The position numbers and the translations under genes were made by a program. A model generated the notes under the pieces. The model had not been told where the DNA came from and made no database searches. It saw nothing but the letters and a program-made list of their open reading frames with translations. A stretch of 64,000 nucleotides of DNA. Origin: Bacillota bacterium. GTDB lineage: Bacteria > Bacillota > JAAYKD01. How positions within the stretch are numbered: position 1 is the first letter of the stretch; every line of letters starts with the position of its first letter. The stretch covers positions 1,152,001-1,216,000 of the forward strand of contig OY762825.2 in assembly GCA_963666425.2 (NCBI GenBank). Direction: 5' to 3'. Positions 60,697 to 64,000 of the stretch are shown here, piece by piece.

Positions 60697-61098
60697 TTCA
60701 CGTCACTCCTCTGCTATTTTTCAGAATCTCATCTTACCCTTGTCCTCTGACAGGTCGAGAAAAGCCATTCCCGTTCTTTACTTACTCTGTTTATTTCTAT
60801 CAGCGCAGCGTTTCTCCTGCCAGACCAGGATTTTTTTCTGCTTTGACGCTTGCTTCCCGCTACAGATCTGCTCCACTGTATCTCTTCTCTTCTCTCATTC
60901 TGACCAGATCTGCAGCTTGTCTGCATATGTGAAAAATAAATTAAATATCTACAAAAAAAACTTCTGAAATCTACTGAAATGCTATTGCATATTTATTCTA
61001 TGTTTGGTATATTATTGCACAAGCTTATTGTTTCCTGCGCCACACCAGCTGGGGACCGCGGTAAAACGATATCAAAAAAAATAGGAGGAAATAACACA

Positions 61099-62688
61099 AT
61101 GAAAAAACGGTTTGCATCTGTTGTTTGTCTGTTGCTGGTTGCCGCTATACTGTTTGGCTGTAACACCACTCCGAAAAAAGAAGTTCCCACTTCGATTCGG
61201 ATCGGCACCTCGGCTGATATCATTCAACTGGTTCCTTTCCTTTCCACCGATGCCAATTCCAGTGATGTGCATCAATTGATTCATGATGGCTTAATCGCTT
61301 TCAAAGACAATTATGAAATCATCCCTGCCTTGGCCGAAACCTGGGAAACCTCAACCGATGGTAAGGTCTGGACCTTCCATTTAAGGAAAGGCGTAGTCTT
61401 CCACAATGGCGATCCCTTCACTTCTGCCGATGTCAAATTCACTTATGAGCAAATTCTCGATCCGAATACCAAGTCCAACGCCTATAAGAATTACTCTATC
61501 ATCGAAAAAATTGACACTCCCAATGATCTGACAGTCGTTTTCACACTCTCCAGTGCTTTTGGACCTTTCCTGGGTCGGATGAGTATGGGAATCCTGGACA
61601 AAAAGTACATTATCGATAACAAATTCAATACCAACAACTACAATGGCTACAACCAAGCTCCCGTTGGAACCGGTGCCTGGAAGATGAAAGAATGGGTTCC
61701 TGAAACAACTCTGACACTGGCAGCCAATGATACTTACTGGGGAACGAAACCGATTTTGAAAACTGTCGTCTTCAAACCGATTCCGGAAGCCTCTGTGCGG
61801 CTGATCGCCTTTAAAAACAGCGAAATTGACTACATTGCCGGTATTTCCCCGGATGATGTAGCGGCAGTTGCAGCGGAAACCAAGAAATACACGGTTTTCT
61901 CTTATGCTCAATTACGTTTTGCTTATCTTGCCTGGAACAACCAATATCAAGTCTTCCAGGATAAAGCGCTCCGTCAGGCACTCACTTATGCTACCGATAA
62001 AAACACCATCATTTCCAGCGTGCTGAACGGTTATGGGGTAAAAGCCAACACCACCTTTGCTCCCAACCACAGCTACTACACAGAAATCAAAGAACTCTAT
62101 CCGTATGATCCGGCCAAAGCCATTCAAACCCTGGAAGATGCCGGCTATACCAAAGGGACCGATGGTATTTATGTCAGCCCCACCGGTATCAAAGCTTCTT
62201 TTGAAACCTTAGTCAATGCCAGCGATGAAACCTTCACCCAAATCGCTCTCTTACTGCAGCAAAGCTTCAAAGCCATCGGCGTGGAAATGACAATTAAGAC
62301 CATGGAAAAGAGCGCCATGTATGCGATTATGGACGATGTGATTTTAAACGGCGCCGATAACGCCACCTATCAATCGATGGTAGGATCTATGGGACCGGAA
62401 GCGGATCCCGATCAATCGCGTTACCTGCATTCTGACGGCGGACTCAACGATTATCGTTATAAAAATGCTGAGGTTGATGCCATGCTGGATGCCGGCAAAG
62501 TGGAAACCGATCCTGCGAAACGCGCGGTCATCTATGATCAACTGCAAGCCTATCTTGCCAATGATCTGCCGATGCTCTTCTTATACTTCCCCTATGCCAA
62601 CAACGCACTCAGTAATTCCTTCACCGGTATGAATGCTTCACCCTACGGTTTACTGACCAATTTGAAGACTGTTGCACCCGTGAAATAA
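61099..62688 (+). CDS. oppA: Peptide ABC transporter substrate-binding lipoprotein (family 5)
   Basis: LFGC lipobox; PALAETWE, FHLRKGVVFHNG.PFT..DVKFT, PVGTG. Confidence 0.9.
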   Translation: MKKRFASVVCLLLVAAILFGCNTTPKKEVPTSIRIGTSADIIQLVPFLSTDANSSDVHQLIHDGLIAFKDNYEIIPALAETWETSTDGKVWTFHLRKGVVFHNGDPFTSADVKFTYEQILDPNTKSNAYKNYSIIEKIDTPNDLTVVFTLSSAFGPFLGRMSMGILDKKYIIDNKFNTNNYNGYNQAPVGTGAWKMKEWVPETTLTLAANDTYWGTKPILKTVVFKPIPEASVRLIAFKNSEIDYIAGISPDDVAAVAAETKKYTVFSYAQLRFAYLAWNNQYQVFQDKALRQALTYATDKNTIISSVLNGYGVKANTTFAPNHSYYTEIKELYPYDPAKAIQTLEDAGYTKGTDGIYVSPTGIKASFETLVNASDETFTQIALLLQQSFKAIGVEMTIKTMEKSAMYAIMDDVILNGADNATYQSMVGSMGPEADPDQSRYLHSDGGLNDYRYKNAEVDAMLDAGKVETDPAKRAVIYDQLQAYLANDLPMLFLYFPYANNALSNSFTGMNASPYGLLTNLKTVAPVK

Positions 62689-62720
62689 ACTTTGCTTTCC
62701 ATTCTTCACGAATCACAGAC

Positions 62721-62744
62721 AGGGGCCGTTTCATAACGGCCCCT
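62721..62744 (+). terminator. Hairpin after SBP gene (attenuating terminator)
   Basis: AGGGGCCGTT-TCAT-AACGGCCCCT. Confidence 0.6.
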
Positions 62745-63023
62745 TCTAATGCTCTTGCTGCCGCTCCAGGCTGCTTTTTCTCCGCTTGTCTTGCTGAAAG
62801 CGCCTTGATTTTGCCGCATTTGAACAATCAGACTGAAATCTTTAAAATAACACGTCCTTTCAGGCTTGCATACTTATTCGTTTGATAGTATATTATGCGG
62901 CAGACACTTGATTACGGCGTCAGCTGCTTTCCAACTTGCTTGCTTTTTTGAATTTAGATGCTTAAATATCCGCCTGACGGGTCAGCAGCCGTGACAGTGC
63001 GCATGAGAAAAGGGGTTCGCTCA

Positions 63024-63944
63024 ATGAAGAAATTTATCTTGCAGCGTACATTATTGGCTCTTCTTACTTTGTTCGGCATCACAGTGATCGTCTTCTCTTT
63101 GATGCATCTGGCACCGGGTGATCCGGTTTCTGTGATCGCAGGTCGGGAAACGGATGCTAAAATTGTTGCCGCAATTCGGAAAGAATGGGGTTTTGATCAA
63201 CCGATCTACATCCAATATTTTACTTGGCTGGGCAAAGCCCTGCAGGGTGATTTCGGTATGTCGTTTGTCAACCGCATGAATGTCACCGACTTGATTGCCT
63301 CACGGCTGCCCTATACGCTGAAATTGAATTTGATTGCTTCTGTCTTAGGTTTATGTATTGCTTTTCCGGTTGGTATTCTCTCCGCAGTCAGAAAATACTC
63401 TGTCTTTGATTATATTTCGACCTTTTTTGCTCTGCTCAGTCAGAGTATGCCGTCGTTTTGGCTATCGCTGATGATGATCTCTATTTTTAGCGCAAAACTC
63501 GGCTGGCTGCCTTCCTCCGGCAGTGATTCATGGCAGAATTATATCATGCCCGCTTTTGTGCTGGGCACCACCTGGGCTGCCGGCTTAACCAGGATCATCC
63601 GCAGTTCCATGCTGGAAGTTCTGGGGGAAGATTATGTGCGAACTGCCAGAGCCAAAGGCTTAAAAGAAAACGTTGTCGTCTATCGCCATGCTTTACGCAA
63701 CGCTATGATTCCGATTGCGACTTCTCTCGCCTATTGGATCGCTTATCTTGTCACCGGATCTGTCATTGTAGAGGTCATCTTTGCACTGCCCGGCATCGGC
63801 CGTCTGATGATCAGTTCTCTCTCCAATCGCGACTATTTTGTCGTGCAGGCGGTAATCCTGCTCACGTCGAGTGCTGTCTTGATCGCCAATCTGGCAGTGG
63901 ATATTCTCTATTGTGTTATTGATCCGCGTATTCGTTACGACTAA
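63024..63944 (+). CDS. oppB: Peptide ABC transporter permease
   Basis: APGDP, GDFG.S, DYVRTARAKGL, HALRNA, DPRIR. Confidence 0.92.
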   Translation: MKKFILQRTLLALLTLFGITVIVFSLMHLAPGDPVSVIAGRETDAKIVAAIRKEWGFDQPIYIQYFTWLGKALQGDFGMSFVNRMNVTDLIASRLPYTLKLNLIASVLGLCIAFPVGILSAVRKYSVFDYISTFFALLSQSMPSFWLSLMMISIFSAKLGWLPSSGSDSWQNYIMPAFVLGTTWAAGLTRIIRSSMLEVLGEDYVRTARAKGLKENVVVYRHALRNAMIPIATSLAYWIAYLVTGSVIVEVIFALPGIGRLMISSLSNRDYFVVQAVILLTSSAVLIANLAVDILYCVIDPRIRYD

Positions 63945-63956
63945 AGGAGAAGCGCT

Positions 63957-64000
63957 ATGATGATGAAAAAACAAACCATGCCATTGGATCAGAGTCCGGA
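63957..64000 (+). CDS. Start of next gene, probably second permease (truncated by window)
   Basis: AAGGAG SD then ATG directly after oppB; product inferred only from context. Confidence 0.5.
   Translation, partial: MMMKKQTMPLDQSP

Overview
64 kb from an anaerobic Bacillota (Firmicutes)-type chromosome. The left third (about 3.2-21.7 kb) is a decayed integrative element abutting the 3' end of guaA that now works as a defence island. It carries a fic-hsdM-hsdS-[HEPN-like gene]-[SieB-like membrane gene]-hsdR type I R-M operon with a duplicated hsdR start scar, a rhuM pseudogene, an intact 1166-aa HD-domain + HSP90/GHKL-ATPase protein, and a frameshifted 2TM + PD-(D/E)XK-like gene. It also carries wrecked int/xis/xre genes hit by an intact IS21 (6-bp target duplication) and a degenerate IS30. 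The rest is mostly core genome: guaA, groESL with CIRCE, tsaEB-rimI-tsaD, an orphan GlmL-like ATPase + partner pair, pssA (apparently frameshifted), radA (probable CTG start), ctsR-mcsAB-clpC with CtsR box, rhomboid, rlmI-like, an EF-G paralog, yedF, four tandem amidohydrolases alternating degenerate/catalytic, a MerR regulator with a 19-bp-spacer promoter, aspB, hisJ-like, and the start of an opp/dpp ABC operon. No rRNA, tRNA or CRISPR array was seen. All family calls come from motif recognition by eye, not from database searches.
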